Source: an uncultured Candidatus Saccharibacteria bacterium
Lineage (GTDB): Bacteria > Patescibacteriota > Doudnabacteria > UBA920
Assembly (NCBI GenBank): GCA_964505635.1
Contig: CAZDIP010000002.1
Location: 37,736-101,735 of the forward strand
Direction of reading: 5' to 3'
Length of the DNA: 64,000 nt
Shown: piece after piece, positions 9,530-19,338 of the stretch
Position numbering within the stretch: the stretch's first letter is position 1
Layout: the number at the start of each line of letters is the position of its first letter
Translations under genes and position numbers: made by a program
The notes under the pieces: model-generated
What the model was told of the DNA's origin: nothing
The model's input: only the letters and a program-made list of their open reading frames with translations
Database searches by the model: none

Positions 9530-11500
9530 TTAATTTTTCACTCTTTTCAAAGACATGTAAATTACGCCGAACAATAAAATTAAAACCCCAGGATAAATAA
9601 TCATTCTAAAATCCCGGGATTTTTGTATTTGTCCTGCATTTAAATTTGAATAACTCTCCGACAAATCCGAATTTTGTTTATCTGTTTGGCTTAAAGCTAA
9701 AATTTGAGTCTGTAAATCCGCCAAAACAGATTGCATCTCCAAAATTTTTGCCTGTAAATCTTTTACCTGATTAATCAACTGACCAGCTTGACTGCGACTC
9801 AAAATTGACTGGCTCTTGTCAGTGTTTGTTATATTTTCTTCTAACAAAGCCTTTTCCTCTTCATCGGTAGTGGCAGACAAAACCAACGCATTTGGCTCTT
9901 GTGGGGTCAGCTGGGTTGTCCAAGCATATTTTTCACCGTCCAGACTAGCATACGACATGCCGGCTTTGGCCACCGGATAGCTCACCTCAAAAACCAATCG
10001 GCCAAAAGCATCAAATAACTTCAAAGTTTGTCCGGCATTGCTTAAACGAGCAGGCAAGTCATCTTCATAAACGACAAAGTAAGCTTTGCCCGGCAAAATT
10101 GTGCCTTGATGAAAAACTTTTTTCCTCCCGCCCAAAGTTAGGGTCATACCTTCCAAATCTATATTTTGATCAGTCAGATTATAAAATTCCACAAATTCTT
10201 CCTGTTCGCCTTCAGGTCTCGGCAAAATTTCACTAATTACTATTTTGCTTATTTCAGAAACTTGATCGTTCGGCAAATTGCGAGTCGGAATGCCCCAACT
10301 CCACTTATTATCTTTATTTTTTATCCAGGACAAATTTTCTTCGGCATCTTCATAAATTACAGAATCCAGCATTTTTTTCTGCGGAGAAAAAAGTTTCAGC
10401 CTTTCCTGTCCGCTGTTATTTAAAATTAGAGACTCTTTAGGGAAGTCTATTGCCAAAACTCCCATTGGCGGGATCAAAAAGCCTTCCGGCACCGCCCATG
10501 CGGATTCAGTAAAATCATCTTTAATGCCATCGGCAAAATAATACCCGCTTAAAGTTACCGTCGCGTAACCGGGATTATAAACTTCCGCCCATTCCCTGCC
10601 CTGGTCTTCGCCCAAAGGATTGGGAAAAATTTCGTTAATTTGCAAAAAATTACTGCTTTGTAAAGTTTCGGGTGCAGAACCGCTAAAGGAAGACCCGCCA
10701 CCCCCGCCGGAATTGGAAAAATTTCTTATCGGAGGCTGCCAAACTCCGTTAACCAGCTCAAAAATCCCGTCATCATAAGCTTCGGCCAAATACGCCGCCT
10801 GGTCTGCAAGGCTGCTGTCTGAAAAATATAAATTAACTTCATCACCGCCAGTATTGTTCAAAGCAAATGCCTCGGCGGGTAAAATAATTTTTTTAGTCTC
10901 TCCCGGCAAAATACTGCCTGACAAAATATAGGCGCTGCTGCCCGGCCCTGTGCCGGTATTTTTGTCGTCAATAATCCAGCCGTTTAGCAGCACCGGTTTT
11001 TCTTCGCTGCTTTTTATTTCCACCCATTCATTACCTTCATCTGATCCGGTTGGATTGGGTAAAAATCTAAAAATTTTAATATTCATACTTGTTGTTAAAA
11101 ATTCAGGCTGAGCCGGAACCGATGCATTAATGGTAAAAACTCCTTCATTTAAGTCGGAATAGCAAAAACTTTTTCTGGCTGTTCCCAAAGCCATGGTCAA
11201 TACCGGATTTTCCAACAAACTCCCGCAGGGAGCTGTAGCCGGAGAAGAATAAAACTGTCCGCTTACAGAAGACGAAAGCAAACTGACCCGGGTGGTGGTA
11301 ACTGCATTGAATTTCAGACCTTCGTCAGTCTGCAATTCTACGGTAAACACCTCCGACATAGTTTCAGGTTTTACTTTTTGAGGCTCAGATATAATTTTTA
11401 TCTTTACAGCCTCCGTTGTCTGGGTCGTAAAATAAATCGCCGCAAACGCAAAGAAAACCAAAAGCCCGCGCATTTTGGAAATATCCTTTTTAATATTCAT
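9530..11500 (-). CDS. Secreted lamin-tail-domain protein with coiled coil and C-terminal TM
   Basis: Three (I)NE.(F/L)P.P.G.D...EW(V/A)E...LNN.G repeats; signal peptide; C-terminal anchor. Confidence 0.8.
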   Translation of the reverse strand: MNIKKDISKMRGLLVFFAFAAIYFTTQTTEAVKIKIISEPQKVKPETMSEVFTVELQTDEGLKFNAVTTTRVSLLSSSVSGQFYSSPATAPCGSLLENPVLTMALGTARKSFCYSDLNEGVFTINASVPAQPEFLTTSMNIKIFRFLPNPTGSDEGNEWVEIKSSEEKPVLLNGWIIDDKNTGTGPGSSAYILSGSILPGETKKIILPAEAFALNNTGGDEVNLYFSDSSLADQAAYLAEAYDDGIFELVNGVWQPPIRNFSNSGGGGGSSFSGSAPETLQSSNFLQINEIFPNPLGEDQGREWAEVYNPGYATVTLSGYYFADGIKDDFTESAWAVPEGFLIPPMGVLAIDFPKESLILNNSGQERLKLFSPQKKMLDSVIYEDAEENLSWIKNKDNKWSWGIPTRNLPNDQVSEISKIVISEILPRPEGEQEEFVEFYNLTDQNIDLEGMTLTLGGRKKVFHQGTILPGKAYFVVYEDDLPARLSNAGQTLKLFDAFGRLVFEVSYPVAKAGMSYASLDGEKYAWTTQLTPQEPNALVLSATTDEEEKALLEENITNTDKSQSILSRSQAGQLINQVKDLQAKILEMQSVLADLQTQILALSQTDKQNSDLSESYSNLNAGQIQKSRDFRMIIYPGVLILLFGVIYMSLKRVKN

Positions 11501-11573
11501 ATGTTTTTTGTTTCTTGCTAAGTAAGCTAACTATAAATAGTATGGCTCTAAAATCATGGTCGGTCAAATCAAA

Positions 11574-12161
11574 TTATTCCAAAAGCTCTGCCCTTACAAT
11601 ATAACGTTTCAATGCAGTTCCCAAAGGCCAGGAAGTCTGCAAAGTTAAAATTTTCTTATCTTCCGTATCCTGACTAAGTAAGTAAGTATCTTGCGAGGAA
11701 GCAATAAATTTTTCCTTAACTTCATAAGTAAAAATTTGCCCCGATTCGCTGCTTACAATAATTTTTGCGCCCAATTCTACTCTGGGCAAAAGCGCAAAAA
11801 CCGTCTTGTATTCGCCGGGCGAAACTTTTAAATCCGAGGAGTGGCCGAAAATATAGGAATTTCCGGTTTCACCAAACTTGGCGGTGTTCGGATAGTGTAC
11901 CACGCCATACCTTAAGGCCGATTGAAACAAATTTTCATTTACCGCATCTACATATACCACGGGTGCCTCTATGCCCAAGGTTGGTATTAAAAGACTGTTG
12001 GATAAAATTTTATCTTTTTCTGAAAGTAAAATTTCCGGCTTGAGACTATGCGGTCGCAAACTATGTTTTAAATTCAAAAATACAAATTGCCAGTTGAGTA
12101 ACAGAACCAGCAAAATTAAAAAGCCAAAGATTATAACAAGTTTTTTTAAAACTACCTTCAT
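11574..12161 (-). CDS. Sortase-family protein (TLxTC motif reads TLQTS)
   Basis: LLIPTLGIEAPV, GN.YIFGHSS, TLQTSWPLGT..KRYIV. Confidence 0.88.
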   Translation of the reverse strand: MKVVLKKLVIIFGFLILLVLLLNWQFVFLNLKHSLRPHSLKPEILLSEKDKILSNSLLIPTLGIEAPVVYVDAVNENLFQSALRYGVVHYPNTAKFGETGNSYIFGHSSDLKVSPGEYKTVFALLPRVELGAKIIVSSESGQIFTYEVKEKFIASSQDTYLLSQDTEDKKILTLQTSWPLGTALKRYIVRAELLE

Positions 12162-12193
12162 TAAATCCCTTTCAATTACAGCACAGGCAGTTT

Positions 12194-13741
12194 CTAAAGT
12201 TTGCTGTTAAATTTATATGGTAAATTTACCATTAAAATAACAACTAAAAAAACTACTAGCAGGGCACCTGCGCTCACGCCGGTTCTGGGCAATTGCGTAG
12301 CCTGGCCTAACACCATAGGCTTGTTTTCCGGCAAACCGAAATTTGCCGCGCCCGGTTGGTTGGTAAAATCTCCTGCCACCTGTCCGCTTAGCGGCACAAA
12401 AGTACTGCCGCCGCTCCCCCCAGACCCTCCGCCGCCGGATCCGCCGCCGCCCTCATCTAAGCTGCTCGTGCAAATCTGTCCTTGGGGACAAACAACCTGA
12501 ATTTGAACGCCAGATGTATTATTGGACAAATTCGGATCAGCCTCGGCTGACTGAACTGTAGCCGTATTTACAATACTGGTTCCAACTGAGACACTACTTT
12601 TAACTTCGGCCAAAATGGTTAAACTTGCGCTGCTCCCACTTGCCAAATTGCCGACTGTCCAGACATTGGGAACAAAACCACCTTGTGTGGAAGTGGAAGA
12701 AATAAACAAAAGTTCTGGGGGTAATACATCTGTCATTATTACGTTTTCTGCTGTATTAGGACCACTGTTAGACACGCTAAAAGTATAAATTAAAGTTGAG
12801 CTGGCTGTGCTAGTAGGAGCGCTGACCGTTTTCAACAAACTTAGATCAGCTACACCACCGCTCCCACCGCCGCCAGACGAACACTCCCCGTCCGTACACC
12901 CGCCTGACCCTTCCACAAAACGATTGCCAAAATTTATATCTTCGGCTGTAAAATTGTCAACAAAAACTTCATATTTATAGCCTGCTCCGGCTCCTGGTAA
13001 AGTCTGCTGCCAATTGTTCTGCAAAACTTCCCGTACTGTGTAATTTCCAGCCGGCAAAAATTCAAACTCGTAAAATCCAGTGGTGGTGGCAGTGGTGGTA
13101 ATTTTTTCTCCAAAATCATAAATAGCATTGCTGTTCTGGTCAATGTAGATTTGCCAGCCGCCAAGGCCTATTTCCGAGTTATTTTTTACGCCGTCGCCGT
13201 TTAAATCGTTAAACTTAATGCCCTGTATAAAACCCTCGCCAAAAACTTCCACCGTATTGGTCGTAACTGTAATTTTGCACTCATAATCCCCGCCCTTAAC
13301 CACTATGCCGCCGTCATGAGCCTGGGCCAGCTGCCCGGAAATTCCAGGCACATTTAACTTTACCCGCCAGTTATCCGCATTATCTAAAATAGAACTTAAA
13401 CTTGAAGTGGCCAGTGTGTCAGGCTCATTGGGCAAATCAATGTTTTTTATTTCCAAAAACGGACATAAATTCTCTTTACCTCCGACTGCCTCTAAGACGG
13501 TGTTATAAGTCGCTTGCTTAGAAGAAGTATCCAGCTGGACAGTATATGTTCTGCTTAAATTCTCACCCGGGTAAACGTTGCCAAAAGGAATCGCGGTGTC
13601 TGAAACCAAAAGCACCTGCAAAGCCGCGTTAACTTTCAAAATATTGCTCTGCAGCAGGCTTAAAACTGCTATCAAAACAACACTGGCAATTGCTGCCGAC
13701 AGCTTAACCAAATATTTAGTTTTCATATTTAACTGTCTCAT
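12194..13741 (-). CDS. LPxTG surface protein with SdrD-B-like and DUF11 domains
   Basis: G.KFND.NGDG..., ADLSL.KT...GP..A.NV..TD.LP, C-terminal LPRTG followed by a hydrophobic segment and basic tail. Confidence 0.85.
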   Translation of the reverse strand: MRQLNMKTKYLVKLSAAIASVVLIAVLSLLQSNILKVNAALQVLLVSDTAIPFGNVYPGENLSRTYTVQLDTSSKQATYNTVLEAVGGKENLCPFLEIKNIDLPNEPDTLATSSLSSILDNADNWRVKLNVPGISGQLAQAHDGGIVVKGGDYECKITVTTNTVEVFGEGFIQGIKFNDLNGDGVKNNSEIGLGGWQIYIDQNSNAIYDFGEKITTTATTTGFYEFEFLPAGNYTVREVLQNNWQQTLPGAGAGYKYEVFVDNFTAEDINFGNRFVEGSGGCTDGECSSGGGGSGGVADLSLLKTVSAPTSTASSTLIYTFSVSNSGPNTAENVIMTDVLPPELLFISSTSTQGGFVPNVWTVGNLASGSSASLTILAEVKSSVSVGTSIVNTATVQSAEADPNLSNNTSGVQIQVVCPQGQICTSSLDEGGGGSGGGGSGGSGGSTFVPLSGQVAGDFTNQPGAANFGLPENKPMVLGQATQLPRTGVSAGALLVVFLVVILMVNLPYKFNSKL

Positions 13742-13744
13742 AAT

Positions 13745-16582
13745 CTAGTTGGAAATTGGCGCTTCCGAAACCAACTGGTTGTCGGGGTTTTGTTCCGGCT
13801 CTTTTGCCGCGGAAACCTCGTCCAGGGGTTTTTCTGGAGACTCTTCTATTTTAACCGGCTCATCCGGTTTGGGCGCTTTAGGTGTGTTTGGCTCCTCCTC
13901 GGTTAAGGCTGGTTTTTGAGCGTCTTGTGTTAAATCAGAAGCAACGGTTTCTTCATCTGCCGCCTTTGTGTCAATAATTTCTGGCTCAGCCGGCTCTGTA
14001 GCTGGCTCTTGGTTTAAAGCCGGCTCTAAACTTATGTCAGGCACAGCGCTTGCCATAACCTCTTCTTCCGAAGGCTCAGAGTCAAACACAATGCTGACGC
14101 TGGGCGCGGTATTTGAATCTATAAATTCGTCGTTGCTTTCCCCGGGGCTGGGATCGGGGTCTATCCAATTATTTGTTCCGTCAGGCATGCGGGTAAAAGA
14201 TTTGTTATCAGGCACGGATGCGCCGTAGTCGTAAGTTCTTTGGTCCACCAAAGAAGCTCCTTGCCAAAAATGTCCGTTGTAAAGCTTAACGGTATCGGTA
14301 CCGTCGTTGTCTAAATCAAAATCAGTGTCGCCCTCCCGATAAACAACCAAAAAACCGCCAGGTGCCACAGTTGTCGTGCCGGTATTGGTGTTTTCGGGTT
14401 TAATAAACAACTCATGGTAATTGTACAGGTTATAAGTAGCGCTTAAGCTGTCCAAACGCGCGTTATGCAAAGCGTCAGCACGAGTAAAAATAGCCTGCCA
14501 TTTTAAATACCTGCTATCCGGCAAGCCGGCAGCATTTAAATCCATGCCGCTTATATCGTCGCAAGCGCTAAAAGCGGAAAAATTCACCCCGTCGTTGGAG
14601 GTTGCGGCCTGAATGCAGACGTTACCGCTTAGGGAATTGCTTTCCGTCCAGGTTAAATTCTGCCAGTCAGCCCGATTGCCCTCGCCCGCGTCCAAAACCG
14701 TTTCTAAAGTACCGCTGCCAACCCCGCTTGAAAAAACCACGCTGCTTGAGCTGATTCCCAAATTAGAGGTTAAGCTGCTGCTCGCAAAATCCGAGTTGCT
14801 GGTCCAGGTTTTATTTTGTGCACTTCCCGGAGGTAGAAAATCATCGTACAAAACATAACCTTCCAAACTGAGCGGAGTGGAAGATCCATTATAAATTTCT
14901 ACAAATTCACCATCTAAACTGCCGCCAACACTACCTTGATCTGAGCCTGAAGGATTAGGTAAAAATTCATTTATCAACAACTGGTTTAAAGGGGAAAATA
15001 CCGGGCCGCAAGAAATAACTGAAGGTAATGGCCTGAAATTTACGGTCACGTTGCTGTCTAAGTCAATTGCGGGGCCGGTTAACGAAGTGCCTTCTTTTGC
15101 ATAAATTGCCAAAAGCGTACGGTTGGAATTAATATGCACATCCCCGCTTTGAGCGAAAAGTACCACGTCCCCAAGGTCAGAATTATTGCTTTCTGTTTCA
15201 ATGGCTGCGTCGTCGCCCGATTTGGGCAAAGAAGTGGAAATGAGCAAAAAAGTCCCTTTAGTGCCCGCGCCGTTAAATGCCACGTTGGCGCGGATGTCAA
15301 TTACCCCCTCCACAATAATTACGCCAAAGCTGTCGGCAAAAGCAGGATCCTGATTTATAACCACGTTGCTGTCTATTTTTAGATTACCATGCACATACAA
15401 AGTACCGTGCACATTTACTATATTATTGTTGCCAATTTCCAGGTTTCCCATAATTTCCGAAGGTCCCAAGTCTATAATTCCGCTGCTGCCTGGTATAACC
15501 AAACTTCCTAAAACCGTACCGCCGTCGTTGGCTTTGTCCTGCCAAAAAGCATTGTTAATTACCGGCAAGTCCTGGGCGGCTGACCCTGTGTTCGCACTCC
15601 CCGAAATAGTAAAGTTGCTGCTTTCTATGCTGCCGGAAACCGTCACGTCCCCGTTTATGTTTCGGTTTGCGCCTCCTCCGTTGGCTTCTAAATTATGATT
15701 GCCTTTTACTTGCCCGTTCACCGTAACATTAGCGGAAACATAAATATCGCCAAAGCTGTCGTTTGGTCCCGCAGCCATTAATGCTGTGTTTTCCGGGAAA
15801 TCAATATTTATTGGCTCGCACAAATCCGCCTGGGCAAACTGGTAAATTTTTATGTTAATCAGGCTAAAATGGCTGCCCACGCTGTCGCCGTCACAAGCCA
15901 CAGCCTTAACCACGCTGGTTTGGCTTACGGGCAAAGGCGGAATGGAATTTTTAAGGCCGCCGTTAGGGCCGCCGCAGTAAGGGTCGGAAAATACGTCCGG
16001 ATCAGTGCCTAAACCAACTGTATAAAAAATATGCGTGGCGTCTGAATCGCTGTCGCTAAATTCCACGTTAATGGAACTTGCGTAATTACCGCCGTCAGTA
16101 TTGTTCCAGCCAATATCCCCGGGCGGGGTTAAAACCGGCGGATCTATTTGCGCTAACGCGGCAGTGGTATTAATAATGTGCGCCTCAAAAGCCTGGAACA
16201 AAGGCAATAAAACCAAAACCGGAATTAATACCACGGCGGTATTATAAACGGTTTTAGATAAAAACTTTTTGAACAATGGTGGTTTTACCGTATTGGCCTG
16301 CGGCTTTAGTCCGTGGCGTTCGAAAATTTCCGCTTTTAAAACAGCCTCATTTACCACCCGCACCGGCACCCTCACTGCTTTTGGTTTTACTCTGCTAATT
16401 ACAAAGGGACTTACAATGCTTTTGTTATTTTTTGTCCTTACAATCTTTTTTACCACAGGCTTACCAACAAAAGTTTTTAAAGCCGCTGATTTTCGCTTTG
16501 CGGTCTTTGCCCGCGCCAAAACCAGACTTTTTTTCAAAGTCCTTGTTTTAACAACTTTTAATTGTTTGTCTTTTGCGGGCAT
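13745..16582 (-). CDS. Large secreted protein: Lys-rich N-terminus, AFEAH motif, beta-rich adhesin-like region, lamin-tail domain, acidic Pro-rich tail
   Basis: TM followed by FQAFEAHIINTTA; INEFLPNP.G.D...EFVEIYN. Confidence 0.75.
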   Translation of the reverse strand: MPAKDKQLKVVKTRTLKKSLVLARAKTAKRKSAALKTFVGKPVVKKIVRTKNNKSIVSPFVISRVKPKAVRVPVRVVNEAVLKAEIFERHGLKPQANTVKPPLFKKFLSKTVYNTAVVLIPVLVLLPLFQAFEAHIINTTAALAQIDPPVLTPPGDIGWNNTDGGNYASSINVEFSDSDSDATHIFYTVGLGTDPDVFSDPYCGGPNGGLKNSIPPLPVSQTSVVKAVACDGDSVGSHFSLINIKIYQFAQADLCEPINIDFPENTALMAAGPNDSFGDIYVSANVTVNGQVKGNHNLEANGGGANRNINGDVTVSGSIESSNFTISGSANTGSAAQDLPVINNAFWQDKANDGGTVLGSLVIPGSSGIIDLGPSEIMGNLEIGNNNIVNVHGTLYVHGNLKIDSNVVINQDPAFADSFGVIIVEGVIDIRANVAFNGAGTKGTFLLISTSLPKSGDDAAIETESNNSDLGDVVLFAQSGDVHINSNRTLLAIYAKEGTSLTGPAIDLDSNVTVNFRPLPSVISCGPVFSPLNQLLINEFLPNPSGSDQGSVGGSLDGEFVEIYNGSSTPLSLEGYVLYDDFLPPGSAQNKTWTSNSDFASSSLTSNLGISSSSVVFSSGVGSGTLETVLDAGEGNRADWQNLTWTESNSLSGNVCIQAATSNDGVNFSAFSACDDISGMDLNAAGLPDSRYLKWQAIFTRADALHNARLDSLSATYNLYNYHELFIKPENTNTGTTTVAPGGFLVVYREGDTDFDLDNDGTDTVKLYNGHFWQGASLVDQRTYDYGASVPDNKSFTRMPDGTNNWIDPDPSPGESNDEFIDSNTAPSVSIVFDSEPSEEEVMASAVPDISLEPALNQEPATEPAEPEIIDTKAADEETVASDLTQDAQKPALTEEEPNTPKAPKPDEPVKIEESPEKPLDEVSAAKEPEQNPDNQLVSEAPISN

Positions 16583-16591
16583 GTAATAAAA

Positions 16592-17035
16592 TTATTTTTC
16601 TATATTTTGCAGTTTGGGCCCGAGGCTTCTGGCAATAACTCCGAAAAACGGAATTCTGAAAGGTTTGTCTTTTATGTAAACCATCCGTCCAACCACGTCT
16701 TTCGGGTTTACAGGCGCGTCTTCGGAATTGTTGGCGTCTCCTTTGGTAATCAGCATGCTGCCCTGTCTCCTTATAAGCCTGTGAATAGTAAAGCCCTGAG
16801 CGTTTTTATAAATAATTATTTGCCCCACTTTCGCTTCTTCTCCGCTTATGCCTTTCATTAAAATTAAGTCGTTGACTTTCAGCTGCGGCCACATGGAACC
16901 GGAAGTAATGGTGGCCAAAGGGTATGGAGTTTTTAAATAATGCGACAAAATTTTCGGGGTGTAATAAACAGCCAAACCGACAAATGCCAAATAAATAATA
17001 ATTTTTAAAACTCCTATCGCGATCTTTTGTAACAT
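16592..17035 (-). CDS. Signal peptidase I, S26B/SipW-like (Ser-His)
   Basis: SGSMWPQL, IHR, TKGDAN...D motifs. Confidence 0.9.
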   Translation of the reverse strand: MLQKIAIGVLKIIIYLAFVGLAVYYTPKILSHYLKTPYPLATITSGSMWPQLKVNDLILMKGISGEEAKVGQIIIYKNAQGFTIHRLIRRQGSMLITKGDANNSEDAPVNPKDVVGRMVYIKDKPFRIPFFGVIARSLGPKLQNIEK

Positions 17036-17068
17036 TTGCTTATGAACGGGATTAAAAATTTTTAATTT

Positions 17069-17587
17069 CTACCATGGCTTGGGAATTTGGAAAACTATAA
17101 CTTTACCCCGATAGTAGCGGTATTCGGCAGAATTGGGAGTGCGGACAGTAAACTCCAGCTTTTCTCCCTGCCCGGATTTTAGCGTAAAATAATTTTTATC
17201 AACTTTCATTAAATCGCCAATCTCGCCGAATTTCCATACCATAATGTAACTGGAAACTTTGTACGGGCTTTGGTTGACCAAACTGACCGTCCTAACCGCG
17301 GTTTTGTCTTTGGGCAAGTCCCCAAAATCCAAACGCTCGCCGGTAGGGTTAACCCCTATTTTATCCGAATCAACCACCTGCACCAAAGCATCGTATTTTT
17401 CCGCGTTAACATACTGCACGGCCAGAAAAATAAACGCCAAAACCAGAATTATCCAAGCGGCCACGCGTTTTTTTGGCCTGGGTCTGGTTATCTCAGATTT
17501 TAATTCCGACAAAAATCCCCGCTGTTGCTCCCTTTCCATAACAGCCTTAGGCTTCATATGGCTGGGCATGTTTTCAAATGGATCCAT
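17069..17587 (-). CDS. Membrane-anchored Ig-like hypothetical protein
   Basis: Single TM, then LDFGDLP...RTV.L.N...Y.G.V.V. Confidence 0.7.
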   Translation of the reverse strand: MDPFENMPSHMKPKAVMEREQQRGFLSELKSEITRPRPKKRVAAWIILVLAFIFLAVQYVNAEKYDALVQVVDSDKIGVNPTGERLDFGDLPKDKTAVRTVSLVNQSPYKVSSYIMVWKFGEIGDLMKVDKNYFTLKSGQGEKLEFTVRTPNSAEYRYYRGKVIVFQIPKPW

Positions 17588-17689
17588 AAATTTATATTGT
17601 TAAATAAAATTTGAAATTATTTGACAGGGTTAGCGTGCTTTCATCCCTCATCCCTGGCCCCAAAACAGGGCCAAAGGAAGCTATGAAAG

Positions 17690-19126
17690 CTAATTATTCT
17701 CGCAAACTGCCAAGCTGGCCAGTACGCTTTGCAGCAAAGTAAAGTCTGACGCGCTGTAGTAGTAAGAGGGCGCTGAGGCAACGGTGTTTTTTAAGAAGTC
17801 TTCAGTGCCCGCGGTTACGCCTACCCCGACCACATAAATCTTAATGCCGGCTGCTTTGGCCGCGGCGGCTGCCGCAGCTGCGTCGCCGCCCGCTGTGGGC
17901 TGGCCGTCGGTAATTAAGACTATAAAGTCAGGCGAGGTCGCGTCGTTACGGTCGCGCGCGCTCGCTAATTCAGCCGAGGCTGTATCCAAAGCCTGTTGCA
18001 AATTGGTCAAGCCGCCGGCTAAAAGAGCGTCTATGGCTGTATGAAGCGGCGTAGAAGAGCCGGTTAACTGCACGTCCAAAGTCGCGTCAGTGGAAAAACT
18101 GACCTGTGCGCCGTGAGGGCCAGTGTCGCTTAAACCCAAAGCCGTGACAAAGGCGTGAGCCGCTGTCTTCATGGTATTAAGTTCGGTGTCGCTTATGCTG
18201 CCGCTACGGTCTATAACCAAAGCTAAATCCAGCTGGTCGCTGCAAAGACCGCCGCCGGGCAAAGAAATGCCGGCCACTTCCACCCACAAATCACAGCCAA
18301 ACACTTTGTGTTCATTTTCTATAGGCTGGGTAAAAGCATTAGCCTGTTCCAAGGTGGTGTCTAAATTGCCGGTTTCCCTGCGGACAAAGTCCAGCCAGTC
18401 CTGGGCGCAATAGCCGCCAAAGCATGGTACGGCCAAATCTATCACCCACTTGTCCTGCGTATCCTGGTCTTGTTTGGACAAACGCCCCTTAGTGTCCAGC
18501 CAGGAAACCGTGCTGGTTCCCACCACAAAAGGCGTGTGGAAAGACTTGGTTACTTGGTCTACGGAAAGAGGTCCGTCTATATCCAGTTTTTCCCCGTCTT
18601 TGGAAATGTAGGGGCACAAGTTAGGCAGCAAACCCCAGCTTTCTGCTTCGTTTATATTAACTGTCTGAGTGTCGTCTACAGCTAAAACTCTGGGCGCTTC
18701 CCCGCAATCCCAGTAATAGCTTTCAACCACTTCGTTAGTGGAAGGGTCATCGCCGAATTTTACATGCGCGGTGCGCGTGTACATATGCGCGCCGTCCGGA
18801 CCTACTGAGTTGTCAAACGAACCGCCGTTGTTGGTGGTTATGGCGCACTTGGGTTTTTGGCGGATAAAGTATTCCACGTCGTCTACGCGGTTTTCCGCGA
18901 GGAAAGACGCGGACAAATTCACGTCAATGGTTTTTTCCAAATGCTCCTGCGGAAACACGGTGCCAAAATCCAAAAACTTGACCGGCACGTTAAGCGCGTT
19001 TTCTATCCTGGCCGTTACGTTTATAACGTGCGCTTCAAAAGCGCTGAAGGCCGCGGCGCCGGCGAGTATAACACCCAAAGTCCCGACGCCCAATATTAAT
19101 TTGTTGAGTATTTTTTTCATGTTCAA
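17690..19126 (-). CDS. Secreted AFEAH-family protein with C-terminal VWA domain
   Basis: Signal peptide then AFSAFEAHVINVTARIEN; VWA MIDAS D-R-S-G-S and LITDG.P. Confidence 0.85.
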   Translation of the reverse strand: MNMKKILNKLILGVGTLGVILAGAAAFSAFEAHVINVTARIENALNVPVKFLDFGTVFPQEHLEKTIDVNLSASFLAENRVDDVEYFIRQKPKCAITTNNGGSFDNSVGPDGAHMYTRTAHVKFGDDPSTNEVVESYYWDCGEAPRVLAVDDTQTVNINEAESWGLLPNLCPYISKDGEKLDIDGPLSVDQVTKSFHTPFVVGTSTVSWLDTKGRLSKQDQDTQDKWVIDLAVPCFGGYCAQDWLDFVRRETGNLDTTLEQANAFTQPIENEHKVFGCDLWVEVAGISLPGGGLCSDQLDLALVIDRSGSISDTELNTMKTAAHAFVTALGLSDTGPHGAQVSFSTDATLDVQLTGSSTPLHTAIDALLAGGLTNLQQALDTASAELASARDRNDATSPDFIVLITDGQPTAGGDAAAAAAAAKAAGIKIYVVGVGVTAGTEDFLKNTVASAPSYYYSASDFTLLQSVLASLAVCENN

Positions 19127-19167
19127 TCTTTTAAATAATTTACTTTTCTTAATTTTCCTTTCTTTCC

Positions 19168-19195
19168 CACTATATTACTAGATAGTAATATAGTG
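19168..19195. repeat. 28-bp palindrome, copy 1 (cactatattacta-ga-tagtaatatagtg)
   Basis: Identical to 23796-23823 and 24318-24345; 13-bp perfect arms. Confidence 0.95.
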
Positions 19196-19338
19196 TCGAC
19201 CTTTGCCCGGTTAAGCCGGATTTTTTACTTTACATTCAGCCTCCTAATATAAATGTCACCTTGCATAAAATTAATCCCTCTTTCCCTCGCCCCTCCTTTC
19301 CCTTAAAAAGGAAGAGCGAGGTATAAGAAAAATTAATC

